DNA of 64,000 nucleotides from Clostridia bacterium (GTDB lineage: Bacteria > Bacillota > Clostridia > Oscillospirales > QAKW01), in assembly GCA_017464525.1 (NCBI GenBank), contig JAFTZM010000008.1, positions 29,623 through 93,622 on the forward strand, in the 5' to 3' direction. The notes under the pieces are model-generated. The model did not search any database and was not told the origin of the DNA. It worked only from the letters and a program-made list of their open reading frames with translations. A program made the translations under genes and the position numbers. Of this stretch, positions 1 to 11,100 are shown one piece after another. Positions within the stretch are counted from its first letter, which is position 1, and every line of letters starts with the position of its first letter.

Positions 1-1
1 G

Positions 2-1507
2 ATTGCTTATAACATCAACAAAACCGGCGTTACCATGAAGTGGGAGATCACCGCTGAGGGTGAGTTGGCTGTGGATACCGATAATGCCGGTCTGCCTGTA
101 GCTGTTACCTTCTCTGCCATTGATGAGGAGGCTACCACCATCGATGTGCAGCCCACCACGCTGTATACCAACGCCAACGGCACCCTGATCGGCCTCACCG
201 CCGATCTGCTGAACGCTGCGATCTGGCCTGAGGAAGAGACCCTCACCACCAAGGTGTTCACCGAGGATACCGCTATCGAGGGTACTCCCAATCCTGCCCA
301 CACCCATGAATGGGGCAACTTCACTCATATCGACGGTACCAATACCCATATGGCTGAATGTACCAAAGGCTGTGGAGCCACCGCTACTCTGGACTGCACC
401 TTTGATTCTGTAAAACATGTAGAGGGCACCTCCGGCGCTGAGAGCAAGCACGTTGCAAGCTGCGAATGCGGTAACAGCAAGGAAGTGTTCTGCTCCGAGA
501 ATGCTGAGACCTGGACCTATGAGAAGGTGGATGCCACCTGCTCTGCCAACGGCTACGAGATCTTCAAGTGCTCCGCCTGCGGCCTGGATGAGCTGGAGGT
601 TCTGACCGCTGAGCATATCCCCGGCGAGTGGACTCATGTGGACGGCACCTTAACCCATGCCATCAGCTGTACTGTTTGCTCTGAGCCCATCGAAGTTGCT
701 GAGTGTACCTATGATGATGCCTGGACTCATGTAGAGGGTACCGATACTCACAGCCGCAGCTGTAATGTTTGCGGTGAGAGCACCGAGACCGAGGCTTGCT
801 CCTTCACTGTTTGGAATGAGACTACCGCTCCTCAGGTAGGCGTTCCCGGTGAGAAGACGGCATATTGCGATGACGCTTGCGGTAACTTCAAGACCGAAGA
901 GATCCCCGCTCTGCCTGAGGCTGCTGCCTTTGCTCTTGAGATGCCCAACCGTGCAAAGCCCGGCGATACCATCGAGGCAACTGTTGCTATTAAGAACAAT
1001 CCCGGTGTGGCCGGCGTGACCTTTGATCTGGTCTATGATAAGGCTGCTCTGAGCCTGGTAGGTGCTGAAAGTGCATACGGCGCCGTAGAATTCTACAACG
1101 AGACCGGCCGTGTGGCCTTCGCCAATGCGGCTAATGTGACTACCGATGAGGTTCTGATCACTCTGACCTTTACGGTTGCAGAGGCGGCAGAAGGTGAGAT
1201 CGCTGTTCAGCTGACTCCCGTGAGCGTTATCGATGAAGTGAATGCACCCATCGATGTACTGGCTGCTACCGGTAAGGTGACGGTTTCCAGCTCCGTTCTG
1301 GGCGATGTTACCGGCGACGGCAGAGTGTCCATCGCTGATGCTGTTCTGATGCTTCGCATCGCTTCCGGCGATACCGAGCTTCCCGAGGGTACTGATCTTG
1401 CCGCAGGCAATATCACCACCGAGGGCGATACCGAAGGCTTGACCATCAACACCAACGATGTTGTGCTCCTGCTCAAGTATCTGAGCGGCTCTGTTACAGA
1501 ACTGTAA
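2..1507 (+). CDS. Giant secreted cohesin-dockerin protein A (5'-truncated): Cys/His-rich spacer, 1 cohesin-like domain, C-terminal dockerin
   Basis: Frame open from window start (IAYNINKTGVTMKW..). Cohesin-like 'KPGDTIEATVAIKNNPGVAGVTFDLVYD'; dockerin 'GDVTGDGRVSIADAVLMLR...NTNDVVLLLKYL'. Paralogous to the C-terminus of the 20255 gene. Confidence 0.85.
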   Translation: MAYNINKTGVTMKWEITAEGELAVDTDNAGLPVAVTFSAIDEEATTIDVQPTTLYTNANGTLIGLTADLLNAAIWPEEETLTTKVFTEDTAIEGTPNPAHTHEWGNFTHIDGTNTHMAECTKGCGATATLDCTFDSVKHVEGTSGAESKHVASCECGNSKEVFCSENAETWTYEKVDATCSANGYEIFKCSACGLDELEVLTAEHIPGEWTHVDGTLTHAISCTVCSEPIEVAECTYDDAWTHVEGTDTHSRSCNVCGESTETEACSFTVWNETTAPQVGVPGEKTAYCDDACGNFKTEEIPALPEAAAFALEMPNRAKPGDTIEATVAIKNNPGVAGVTFDLVYDKAALSLVGAESAYGAVEFYNETGRVAFANAANVTTDEVLITLTFTVAEAAEGEIAVQLTPVSVIDEVNAPIDVLAATGKVTVSSSVLGDVTGDGRVSIADAVLMLRIASGDTELPEGTDLAAGNITTEGDTEGLTINTNDVVLLLKYLSGSVTEL

Positions 1508-1516
1508 AATTTTAAG

Positions 1517-1551
1517 AAAAACTGCGCAAGCTTCGGCTTGCGCAGTTTTTT
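1517..1551 (+). terminator. Rho-independent terminator
   Basis: AAAAACTGCGCAAGC-TTCG-GCTTGCGCAGTTTTTT. Confidence 0.9.
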
Positions 1552-1559
1552 ATTTGATA

Positions 1560-1626
1560 AATGTCACAAAATGTTTAGAAAAAGCAACATAAAATGATGT
1601 AAAATTATAATAAACTATGCTACAAT
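1560..1626 (+). promoter_or_regulatory. Promoter with conserved operator-like motif (copy 1)
   Basis: AATGTCACAAAATGTTT, then GCAACATAAAATGATGT at 1584; extended -10 TGcTACAAT with hexamer at 1621. Confidence 0.75.
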
Positions 1627-1703
1627 TAAACCATAATACTGGGTCAGTCCCCAAGAGAGGGGGAGTTGGCTCTAAAAAATATTTTCTTTAGGAGGAAAAT
1701 AAT

Positions 1704-4700
1704 ATGGTCACAAGAAAGACAAAACTGATGTCCGGTTTTGTTGCTCTGCTGATGCTCGTGTCCATGTTTACCGGATTTGTGATCCCGGTAAGCGCCGCCA
1801 ATGAGGGCGGTATCGTTACGGGCACCGGTCTGCATGACGCAACAGGTTATCCTGACATCACCGCCTATGCCGACGGTACCAAGACCTATTCGATCAAGGA
1901 TCGCGCCGGTATGGACAAATTGGCTGATCTGGTCAATAACGGTAACAAGATGGAAGGCGTTACCATTTATCAGATCGCTGATATCGATATGTTGAACACT
2001 CCTTTTGAGGGTATCGGTCACGGTAACACGACCGCTCCCTTTAACGGAACCTTCGACGGTAACGGTTTTACCATCGATAACCTTTTCTATTACCGTGGTA
2101 GCGAAGGCCAAAGCGACGGTAACGCTTTGTTCCCCACTGCAGTGGGTGCTACCTTCAGAAACATTGGTATTTCCGGCGGTCTGATCGTCGGCGGTAAGTG
2201 GACCGGCTCCATCGTCGGCCGCGGCTCCATGTGTAAGATCATCAACTGCTGGAACGCCGCTACCGTTGTCGGTACTTCCGCTCAGGGTACCGGCGGTCTG
2301 GCCGGCACCAACATCAACGGCAACTCCCTGATCGCCAATAGTTTCAACGTTGGTATGATCTATTGCAATACCGGTAAGGCTTCCGGTATCGTAGGCTGGA
2401 TCAACCAGGCTACGGACTCCGTTATCAACAACTACAATGCCGGTGAAATGGTAACCGGTATTACCAACTGGAACCTCACCACCGCTGAGGGTCATACTTA
2501 TTCCCCCATCGTTTGCCAGGATCTGACCCAGTCCCGCGGTACTGCCAACGCCTATAACTACTACATCCTCGACCGTGGCGGCCAGCAGATGTCTTCTTAT
2601 GAACTGATCCAGAGCGGTGCGACCACCATCCCCGGTACCGAAACCGCTCTGAACGGCACCCACGACGGTGCGATCGGTCTGAACGCTTCCGAGCTGACCG
2701 GTGCTCTGGCTCAGAACCTGAATGCACATTTTGTTGCTGAAGGCCAAGGCGAAACCTACGACGTTACCTTTGAAAACGTAGACGGCGTTGGCTATCCCGT
2801 TCTGACCTACTGGAACGGCAACGACATCGTTGCCCAGCGTTACGCCAAGGACACCACCAACGTCAACGGCGATAAGACCTGGGAAAACGCTTCTCCCTTC
2901 TTTAAGTCCATCGTAGAGGCCCGCAGCGGCGCTCTGCTGGGCGAAGGCGTTGAGCGCCCCGCTACCCTGACCCTCACCAATGCAGACGATCTGTTCCTGC
3001 TGGGTTTGGTGATGCATAATGTTGCTCCCTCCGATTTTGGCTATACCGAGATCAACCTCGCTTGCGATATTGACCTCGCTGCCAAGACTGTCAACCCCGG
3101 CGTTACCTACGGTGTACCCCTCGGTAACCCCGGCGGCAGCTTCAATATTACCTTCGACGGCAAGAACCACGTGATCAAGAACTGGAATTTCTATGCCTTT
3201 AAGTCCGGCGGTCACTGGGCAGGCGGTTTCATCACCGAAATCGCCGGTGCTGTCATCAAGAACTTGGGCCTGCTGGATGCCAAGGGTATCTACGTTTACG
3301 GCTATGGCGCTGCTGATGCAGGCTATCAGTATGCTTCCATGCTGGTAGAGCGTGCCAGCGGTACCGGCAACGTGATCGATAACTGCTTCGTTACCGGTCA
3401 CATCATCTCCCACGACACCAACAACGCCAACAACCACGGCGGTGTCTTCTCCACCACCTGGGGCGATAACATCAAGGTTAGCAACTGCTGGTCCAACGTA
3501 ACCATCGAGACTGCTCCCGATAATATCTGGGGCATCCGTACGCTCGGTAAGCTGCCTGCGGCGCAGGATTACACCGGCGATATGGCCAACAACTACAACT
3601 TCAACACCATTGCTCCCATCATCAATTCCGATAACCAGGCCGGCACCTATGATCTCCTCATTGGTGACAAGGTGGAATACGGCACTGCTGAGGCTGCTTA
3701 CTGGCTCTCTCATGAAGGCGGTATGACTCAGCTCTGGAAGGCTGTGGCCGGCGATATCGTCTGGGCTACCGAGGCTGATGCGGCCCGCCGGGTAACTGTA
3801 AACAGAATGTTGAATGAGTATACCGTTGCAGATACCTCTTATATTTATGCTCATCCCGGCGAAACTGTTACGGTTCCTGTGATGGATAACTGTATTCTGG
3901 ATGAGACCACCATCCCTGCCGGCGGTACTGCCGAAAGCTTTACCATGCCTGCCGAGGATGTTACTCTGAAGTATACCATTCAGGGTGTGGATTATACGGT
4001 TGCCGAGAACATTAAGGCTAAATATGAGGCTTATGATCCCGAGCTCTTCGCCAATGGGGCAGAGCTAGCGGCTCTGATCGAGATGGCAGATGCAGCCATC
4101 GCTCTGCAGGAGCAGGAGCAGGATGCCGCTACCATTCAGCAGGCTAATAACATCATGGCTGTTCTTCTGCAGCAGGACGATAGCCTGACTCTGACCCTGA
4201 AGAATGAATACCCCTACTATCCCAAGGCTGCCGACCGTGAGATCTATGCCGACATTCACGACGGTAAGAACTGGGTGGTTTCCGATTACGACGACTGGGC
4301 TGAGCTGGTTCAGATGGCTAATGTGGAGAAGAACACCTTCGTCGGTGTGACCATCCACCTCGCCAACGATGTGGATATGGGCGGCAAGCAGGTCGATCCC
4401 CTTGCTGTCAATAACAGTTATTCCTTCAAGGGTACGCTGGACGGCCACGGCTATGTCTTTAAGAATGTCAACATCAGCTACGATGTGACTGACGCTGAAA
4501 GATGGGTCGCCCTGATTGGTAGCGGTAATGGTGCTACCGTGAAGAATGTTGGTATCGAGAGCGGTACCATCAAGGTCACCTCCAGCGCCACATCGAAGGA
4601 GATCATGCTGGCCAGTCTGGTCGCCGAAGGCTCGATCTGCCGCGTTTACAACTGCTGGAATGCCGCCACCGTCGATGCCGGCACTGCCTACACCACCGCT

Positions 4701-7700
4701 TCCGGTATCGGCCGCTTCACCGGCAGTACCGATGCCTCCAAGACCAGTGAGCACAGCGTCATCGACGGCTGCTTCAATGTGGGTGATGTGATCACCACCG
4801 GTTACTCCGGCTCTTATGCCGGCGGTATCTCCGGTTATACCCAGGGTACTACCAACGTGTTCAACTCCTTCGCTGCTGCTAAGAACGTTACCGGCAAAAC
4901 TGTCGGTATGGTCCGTTACAATGCCGGCAGTAAGGAGGCCTTCTTCGGCAACTCCTACAGCGCAGGTTACCTCTTTGACGGTCAGAACACCCACGCCGGT
5001 GAGGCAGACTACGAGCTGAACTACGCCGATTATGAAAGCGGTAAGCTGGCCTGGATGCTGAACCAGAACTACATCAGCGGCAAGGGCGGCGAGCGTGTAT
5101 ACTACACCAACGATCCTGTTGCCAAGACGGTTCGTTTCGGTACCGAAGCTACCCAGACCCGCCAGATCACCCTGATCGACGAGAACGGTGAGAATGTTTA
5201 TAACCTCTACGGTGCGCAGGGCTCTACCATCGCTCTGGACTATCCCGCCACCGGGAACCTCGCCTTTGCTCTGGCCAGCGGTACCGGCTATTCCCTGAAC
5301 GGGGATCAGCTGACCATCGGTACCGGTGATGCATTTGTTGTTGCTTTTTACGACGGTGTCTATACCGCCGCTCTGGATGATGCCATTGCATACTTCGCAG
5401 ATTTCGATACCGATGTTTACTCCGTATCCGACGGCAGAACCGTAACTGCTGTCATTGAAGAGGCCGAAGCCAAGCTCGCCGACGGTACCATCACCGCCGA
5501 AGAGGTTGCCGCTTATGCCGCTCTGCTCACCGCAGACGTGAAGCTCAACGGCTCTGTACTTCCCTCTCATATTCAGAACAACAACGTGGGTGCCAAGGGC
5601 TTCCTGTCCCCCAACTACGTTGCTTACCTCGGTGCTAAGGTCGATGTCTACACCATCGAGGATCTGCGGCTGGTTCAGAACTTCTATCAGCAGTACACTG
5701 CCGATATGACTGTTGCCATTAAGGCAGATCTGGCCATGACCGAGGAAAATCAGGTCAACACCCTTTATGTTACGGCCTCCATCGACGGTGAGGGCCACAC
5801 CATCAGCGGTTTGACTATGACCGGTGCTTGGTTCGGTAACGGCCAGACCGGCATGAAGTCACTCAAGAACCTGAACTTTGATAATATTACTTACACTACC
5901 AATGACTGGAATCAAGGCTTCCTCTGGAATCAGGCCGTCTGCACCGACCTCACTATTGAGAATGTGAAAGTCACCAACAGCACCTTTACCAAGAATAACG
6001 GTGCCAACGGCTTTGGCGCTTTGATCGGCCAGATCCCTGCCGGGAAGAAGGTTACTCTCAAGGATATTGAATTTACCGGCAATACCATCAACCGTGATTG
6101 CTCCAACCAGGGCAACAACGGCGGTCTGACCGGCCCTGTGAACGGTGTGATCATTGCCGATGGCATCAAGATCACCGATAACATCTACGCAGGTACCTCT
6201 GCTAAGTGGGGCGACGCTATGTTCTGCGGTGAGCTGGTTTCTGCCGGCAACAGCATCAACAATGTGCTGATCTCCCGCAATAAAGTTACCGGCTCCGCTC
6301 CTAATGGTATCGTCAGCGGTGTTTATAAGAATACTGCCACCGTTACCTTCGGCAACATTGTGATCGCCGATAACGAAGGCACCGACGGTATTCCCGTTCA
6401 GGGCGGCATTGTCTCCGGCGGCACCGCTCCCGTATACACCAATGTTGTGACCGATACCGACGGTACTGTTACCACCGAGGCCATTACCGGCGGCGAAAAG
6501 CTCTACGAGTTGAATAATGCCGGCGTTGAAAAGACTTGGGTTCTCACCGAAGAAGGCATCGACTTCGGTACCGAGGGTCTGCCTGTGAAGGTTGACTTTG
6601 TGACCGACGATGCAGTAATGGCTACTCTCTACACCGATGTAAACGGCAATCTGGTGGCTCTGACCAACGATCTGCTGGATGCTGCTCAGTGGGAGGATGA
6701 AGCCAATCTGCCTACCAAGGTGTTCACCGCTGATAGCGTTGTGACCGGCACCACCGTTCCCGAGCATGAGCATATCTGGAGCGAGCCCACTCATTTGGCT
6801 GGCACCGATACCCATGTTTATGCCTGCACCTGGACCGACGGCGAGTGGGTCTGCACCAGCACCAAGACCGCTGATTGCCTCTTTGCTCCCGTAGCCAGCG
6901 AGTTTGAGGGCGCTCCCGAGGATGCCAAGCACATCGGTCAGTGTATCTGCGAAAACTTCAAGGAGACCAAGTGCTCCGAGGATGAGTACTGGACCTATGA
7001 GAAGGTAGAAGCCGATTGCGAGAACGACGGTTCTATCACCGCTTCCTGCGATTACTGCGGCTACTCCTACTCCGAGATTCTGGTCTCCGAAGGCCATGCC
7101 TACGGCGATAGTTGGATTCATGTAGAAGGTACCGATACTCATAAGCGTGTTTGCGCCAATGGGTGCGGCATTGATGAGACCGCTGATTGCTCCTTCACCG
7201 GCGAGTGGGATGAAACTCCCGCCACCAAGGAGAGCGAAGGCAAGCGTGAAATGGCTTGCGACGCTGCTTGCGGTAATGTGATCTCCGAGACCATTCCTGC
7301 CATTGCTTATATCAATGTGACCGCTGAGCCCACCGATATCGGTGAGACCATGGAGGTTCTCATCGATCTGCATAACAATCGCGGCGTTTCCGGTGCTCAG
7401 ATCGCTGTTACCTACGATGCAAGAGCAATGACTCCCTCCGGCTACAGCCTGAAGGTTGCAGACGCCATCTTCAGCCAGGGTCCTGCTACTGAGCCTGATG
7501 AGCAGGGTCTCTCCACCGTCATCTATACCTTCGTATTCCCTGTAGAGATGACCGAGGACGGCACCATCATGTCCATCTTCTTCGATGTGGCAGAGGATGC
7601 TGAGGCCGGCCAATACACCATGATCGTAGAAGCTCTGGTTTCCGATTATGAGATGGTCGAGTACGATTTCGAGGCATATGTTGGTACTGTTGAAGTTGTT

Positions 7701-7928
7701 GATGAGCCCGATTTCATCCCCGGCGATATCAACAGAGATATGCGCGTTTCCATCGCCGATGCAGTTCTCATGCTTCGCGTGGCCAGCGGCGACCAGAACC
7801 TCCCCGAGGGTCTGGATCTGATCGCAGCCAATGTGACCGCTGAGGGCGATACCGGCGAGTTGACGGTTAATACCAACGACGTTGTTCTGGTTCTCCAGTA
7901 CCTGAACGGCACCGTTACCTCTCTGTAA
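1704..7928 (+). CDS. Giant secreted protein B (2074 aa): signal peptide, 4 GLUG-like beta-helix modules, Cys/His-rich spacer, 1 cohesin-like domain, dockerin
   Basis: RBS AGGAGG; Sec signal MVTRKTKL..IPVSA; four 'DGxG/NxxI' modules; cohesin 'IGETMEVLIDLHNNRGVSGAQIAVTYD'; dockerin 'GDINRDMRVSIADAVLMLR'. Confidence 0.9.
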   Translation: MVTRKTKLMSGFVALLMLVSMFTGFVIPVSAANEGGIVTGTGLHDATGYPDITAYADGTKTYSIKDRAGMDKLADLVNNGNKMEGVTIYQIADIDMLNTPFEGIGHGNTTAPFNGTFDGNGFTIDNLFYYRGSEGQSDGNALFPTAVGATFRNIGISGGLIVGGKWTGSIVGRGSMCKIINCWNAATVVGTSAQGTGGLAGTNINGNSLIANSFNVGMIYCNTGKASGIVGWINQATDSVINNYNAGEMVTGITNWNLTTAEGHTYSPIVCQDLTQSRGTANAYNYYILDRGGQQMSSYELIQSGATTIPGTETALNGTHDGAIGLNASELTGALAQNLNAHFVAEGQGETYDVTFENVDGVGYPVLTYWNGNDIVAQRYAKDTTNVNGDKTWENASPFFKSIVEARSGALLGEGVERPATLTLTNADDLFLLGLVMHNVAPSDFGYTEINLACDIDLAAKTVNPGVTYGVPLGNPGGSFNITFDGKNHVIKNWNFYAFKSGGHWAGGFITEIAGAVIKNLGLLDAKGIYVYGYGAADAGYQYASMLVERASGTGNVIDNCFVTGHIISHDTNNANNHGGVFSTTWGDNIKVSNCWSNVTIETAPDNIWGIRTLGKLPAAQDYTGDMANNYNFNTIAPIINSDNQAGTYDLLIGDKVEYGTAEAAYWLSHEGGMTQLWKAVAGDIVWATEADAARRVTVNRMLNEYTVADTSYIYAHPGETVTVPVMDNCILDETTIPAGGTAESFTMPAEDVTLKYTIQGVDYTVAENIKAKYEAYDPELFANGAELAALIEMADAAIALQEQEQDAATIQQANNIMAVLLQQDDSLTLTLKNEYPYYPKAADREIYADIHDGKNWVVSDYDDWAELVQMANVEKNTFVGVTIHLANDVDMGGKQVDPLAVNNSYSFKGTLDGHGYVFKNVNISYDVTDAERWVALIGSGNGATVKNVGIESGTIKVTSSATSKEIMLASLVAEGSICRVYNCWNAATVDAGTAYTTASGIGRFTGSTDASKTSEHSVIDGCFNVGDVITTGYSGSYAGGISGYTQGTTNVFNSFAAAKNVTGKTVGMVRYNAGSKEAFFGNSYSAGYLFDGQNTHAGEADYELNYADYESGKLAWMLNQNYISGKGGERVYYTNDPVAKTVRFGTEATQTRQITLIDENGENVYNLYGAQGSTIALDYPATGNLAFALASGTGYSLNGDQLTIGTGDAFVVAFYDGVYTAALDDAIAYFADFDTDVYSVSDGRTVTAVIEEAEAKLADGTITAEEVAAYAALLTADVKLNGSVLPSHIQNNNVGAKGFLSPNYVAYLGAKVDVYTIEDLRLVQNFYQQYTADMTVAIKADLAMTEENQVNTLYVTASIDGEGHTISGLTMTGAWFGNGQTGMKSLKNLNFDNITYTTNDWNQGFLWNQAVCTDLTIENVKVTNSTFTKNNGANGFGALIGQIPAGKKVTLKDIEFTGNTINRDCSNQGNNGGLTGPVNGVIIADGIKITDNIYAGTSAKWGDAMFCGELVSAGNSINNVLISRNKVTGSAPNGIVSGVYKNTATVTFGNIVIADNEGTDGIPVQGGIVSGGTAPVYTNVVTDTDGTVTTEAITGGEKLYELNNAGVEKTWVLTEEGIDFGTEGLPVKVDFVTDDAVMATLYTDVNGNLVALTNDLLDAAQWEDEANLPTKVFTADSVVTGTTVPEHEHIWSEPTHLAGTDTHVYACTWTDGEWVCTSTKTADCLFAPVASEFEGAPEDAKHIGQCICENFKETKCSEDEYWTYEKVEADCENDGSITASCDYCGYSYSEILVSEGHAYGDSWIHVEGTDTHKRVCANGCGIDETADCSFTGEWDETPATKESEGKREMACDAACGNVISETIPAIAYINVTAEPTDIGETMEVLIDLHNNRGVSGAQIAVTYDARAMTPSGYSLKVADAIFSQGPATEPDEQGLSTVIYTFVFPVEMTEDGTIMSIFFDVAEDAEAGQYTMIVEALVSDYEMVEYDFEAYVGTVEVVDEPDFIPGDINRDMRVSIADAVLMLRVASGDQNLPEGLDLIAANVTAEGDTGELTVNTNDVVLVLQYLNGTVTSL

Positions 7929-7938
7929 TCAATTGAAT

Positions 7939-7973
7939 AAAAACAGCGCGAGTTTGACTCGCGCTGTTTTTTT
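7939..7973 (+). terminator. Rho-independent terminator
   Basis: AAAAACAGCGCGAGT-TTG-ACTCGCGCTGTTTTTTT. Confidence 0.9.
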
Positions 7974-8023
7974 CGTCAAGTGATGGATGTATAAATACAT
8001 AAATTCACATTTATTTTTATCAA

Positions 8024-8090
8024 AATGTCACAAATCGTTTGAAAAAAGCAACATAAAATGATGTAAATTTCCTATTGTATATGATACAAT
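8024..8090 (+). promoter_or_regulatory. Promoter with conserved operator-like motif (copy 2)
   Basis: AATGTCACAAATCGTTT, GCAACATAAAATGATGT at 8048, TGaTACAAT with hexamer at 8085. Confidence 0.75.
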
Positions 8091-8150
8091 AGAATCATCA
8101 TAATGGGTCGGTCTCTATAATGCCGGCTCAAAAAATTAGGAGGAATCATT

Positions 8151-11100
8151 ATGGCAACAAGAAAAACAAAACTGATGTCCGGTTTTGTTGCTCTGCTGAT
8201 GCTCGTTTCGATGCTCGCCATGTTTGTGATCCCGGCAAGTGCTGCCGAGGTTGCAGGCGGTATCGTTGCCGAGAAGGGTCTACATGACGCAACAAGCTAC
8301 CCCGACATCACGGCCTATGCCGACGGCACAACGGTCTATTCCATCAAAGACCGCGCCGGCATGGAGAAACTGGCGAATCTGGTCAATAACGGCACCTATT
8401 TAAGCGGTGTCACCATTTACCAGATTGCAGACATCGACATGCAGAATATCCCCTTTGAGGGTATCGGCTACGGTGATACGGCCCGCTATTTCAGCGGTAC
8501 CTTCGACGGTAACGGATTTACCATCGATAATCTGTATGTTTATCGGGGTTCTAACAGTTATCGCCAGTCCGTTGCACTTTTTGGTTCTGCCAAGAGTGCC
8601 ACCTTCAAGAACATCGGTATTTCCGGCGGTCTGATCGTGGGCAGCCAGTGGACCGGTTCTCTGGTAGGCCGTGGGCAGTACTGCAAGATCATCAACTGCT
8701 GGAATGCCGCCACTGTTGTGGGGACCTCTGCGCAGGGTACTGCCGGTATTGCGGCTACCAATATTTCCGGCAGCAGTTGCAATGTGAATACCTACAATGT
8801 GGGTCTGGTCTACAGCGATTCCAGTAAGGCTTCCGGTATCGTGGGCTGGATCAATAACGCCAACGATAAGGTGGTCTCCTGCTACAATGCGGGTGAGATC
8901 GTTTCCGGTATCACCGCTTATGCCCAGAACGCCGAGGGTCAGACAGTGGCTCCCGTCGTTTGCCAGGCGTTGAATCAGGAACGCGGTACGGCCAATGCCA
9001 ATAACTACTACATCAAGGGCCGCGGCTTCGATCAGTCCTCCTATGAGCTGATCCAGAGCGGTGCCACCACCATCCCCGGCACCGAGACGGCTCTCAACGG
9101 CACCCATGATGCCGCCATCGGTCTGGAAGCTACTGCCCTGACCGACGGTTCTCTGGCTGAAAAGCTGAACGCCGGTTTTGCTTCCGAGGGTAACATTGAC
9201 GGCTATACCATCGCTTTCGAGCAGGTGGAGGGCGTTGGCTATCCTGTACTGACCTATCGCAAGGACGGCGAGATCGTTGCCCAGCGTTATGCCAAGGACA
9301 ACACCAATGTAAACGGTGCTCAGACCTGGAAGGATAATTCCCCTCTCTTTGCTTCTTTCCATGCTATGCAGGACGGCGCAGGGCTGGAAGCAGGTCTGCC
9401 CACCAGCCTAACCATCAGCGATCCTGATGATCTCTTCCTGCTGGGCATCCTGACCTATGCCCGGGATCTGAAGAAGACCTTCAACCTTACGGAGATCAAG
9501 CTGGGCGCCGATATTGATCTGGCGCAAAAGGTCATCAATCCCAATATTAAATACGGTGTTCCTCTTGCTAATTCCGATGCATCAGATACGAATAATGGCT
9601 TGGACTATCGCTTTTGTATCACCTTTGACGGCCAGAACCATGTGATCAAGAACTGGGCGTCCTATGGTGAAAAGTTCAGCAGCCACAGTGTTGCCGGCTT
9701 TATCTCTGTTACCAATACCGGTGCTGTGATCAAGAACGTGGGCTTTATTGATGCCCTTTCTGAGTATCACTACAGCTGGGGCGGCGATACCACCGGGTAT
9801 ATTTATCCTTCTTTGGTTGTGGAGCGTGCGTACGGTGTCACCACCATTGAGAATGTGTTTGCCACCGGCCAGATCGTGACCGATGGAATCGTAAACAGCA
9901 ACAACAACTCCGGTGTATTTTCCACCACTTGGGCGGACAATGTGACCATCAAGAACTGCTGGTCCAACGTGACCGCTGTGGAGAACGGTGCAGCCGCCAG
10001 AACGGTTCGTACCATCGGTAAGCTGCCTACCAAGATCGGCGATGTGACCGGAAACCACTATGACGGCGATGTGGTTAATGTTTACAACTTCAATACCTCC
10101 ACTCCCATGGCCGGCAGCGACAATAACGCTAATACCTACGAGAAAACGGTCGGTACCGATCATGCGTACGGTTCCCTGGAGGCTGCTTACTGGCTTTCCA
10201 ATGATGGCGGCATGACCCAACTCTATAAGGTTGTGGACGGTGATATCGTTTTCGCTACCGAGGCTGATGCAGCTCGCAAGGTGACCGTTGAGAAGCGGTT
10301 CCCGGATGGAACTGTAGCTGAAACCATTGATGAGTATTATCATCCCGGTGATACTGTTACCATCGGCGAGATCGCCAACTATACCTTTGATGAGACCACC
10401 ATCCCCGAGGGCGGTACTGCTGAGTCCTTTACCATGCCTACTGAGGATGTTGTTCTGGGCTATATTATTGCCGATGCCGACTACACAGTAGCTGAAGGCA
10501 TTCTGGCTGAATATGAAAATTATGATCCGGCCCTCTTTGTGGAAGAAGAGGCGGTGGCAAAGATCATTGCCGATGCCAAGGCGATCGTTGCTCTGAAGGA
10601 GCAGGAGCAGACTTCTGCGGTGATCGAGGCTGCTATCGATCAGACCGGTGACCTGGCTGCTTTGAAGAACGAGACTGCCCTGACCCTGAAGAATACCTAT
10701 CCCAATTATCCCAAGCTCTCCGAGCGTGAGATCTATGCTGATCTTCACGACGGAAAGAACTGGGCCATCTCTTCCCGTGAGGACTGGGTGGAGGTCACCA
10801 CGATGTTTAATGTGGAGAAGAACGGCCTTTCCGGTATCACTCTTCACCTGACCAATAACGTCGACATGAAGAATGAAGCAGTGGCTCCTGCCGGTACTTC
10901 CAACAGTGTTCCCTTCAAGGGTACTCTGGACGGTCATGGCTACTACTTCGAAAACCTGCTGATCGAGCTGGAAACTGATGGCACAAACCGTTGGATCGGT
11001 CTGTTTGGTTTTTCGAATGGTGGTGCTACCATTAAGAATCTTGGTATTGAGAGCGGTACCATCCGTGTTGCCAAGTCCGGCACTACCAATGAGACGATGA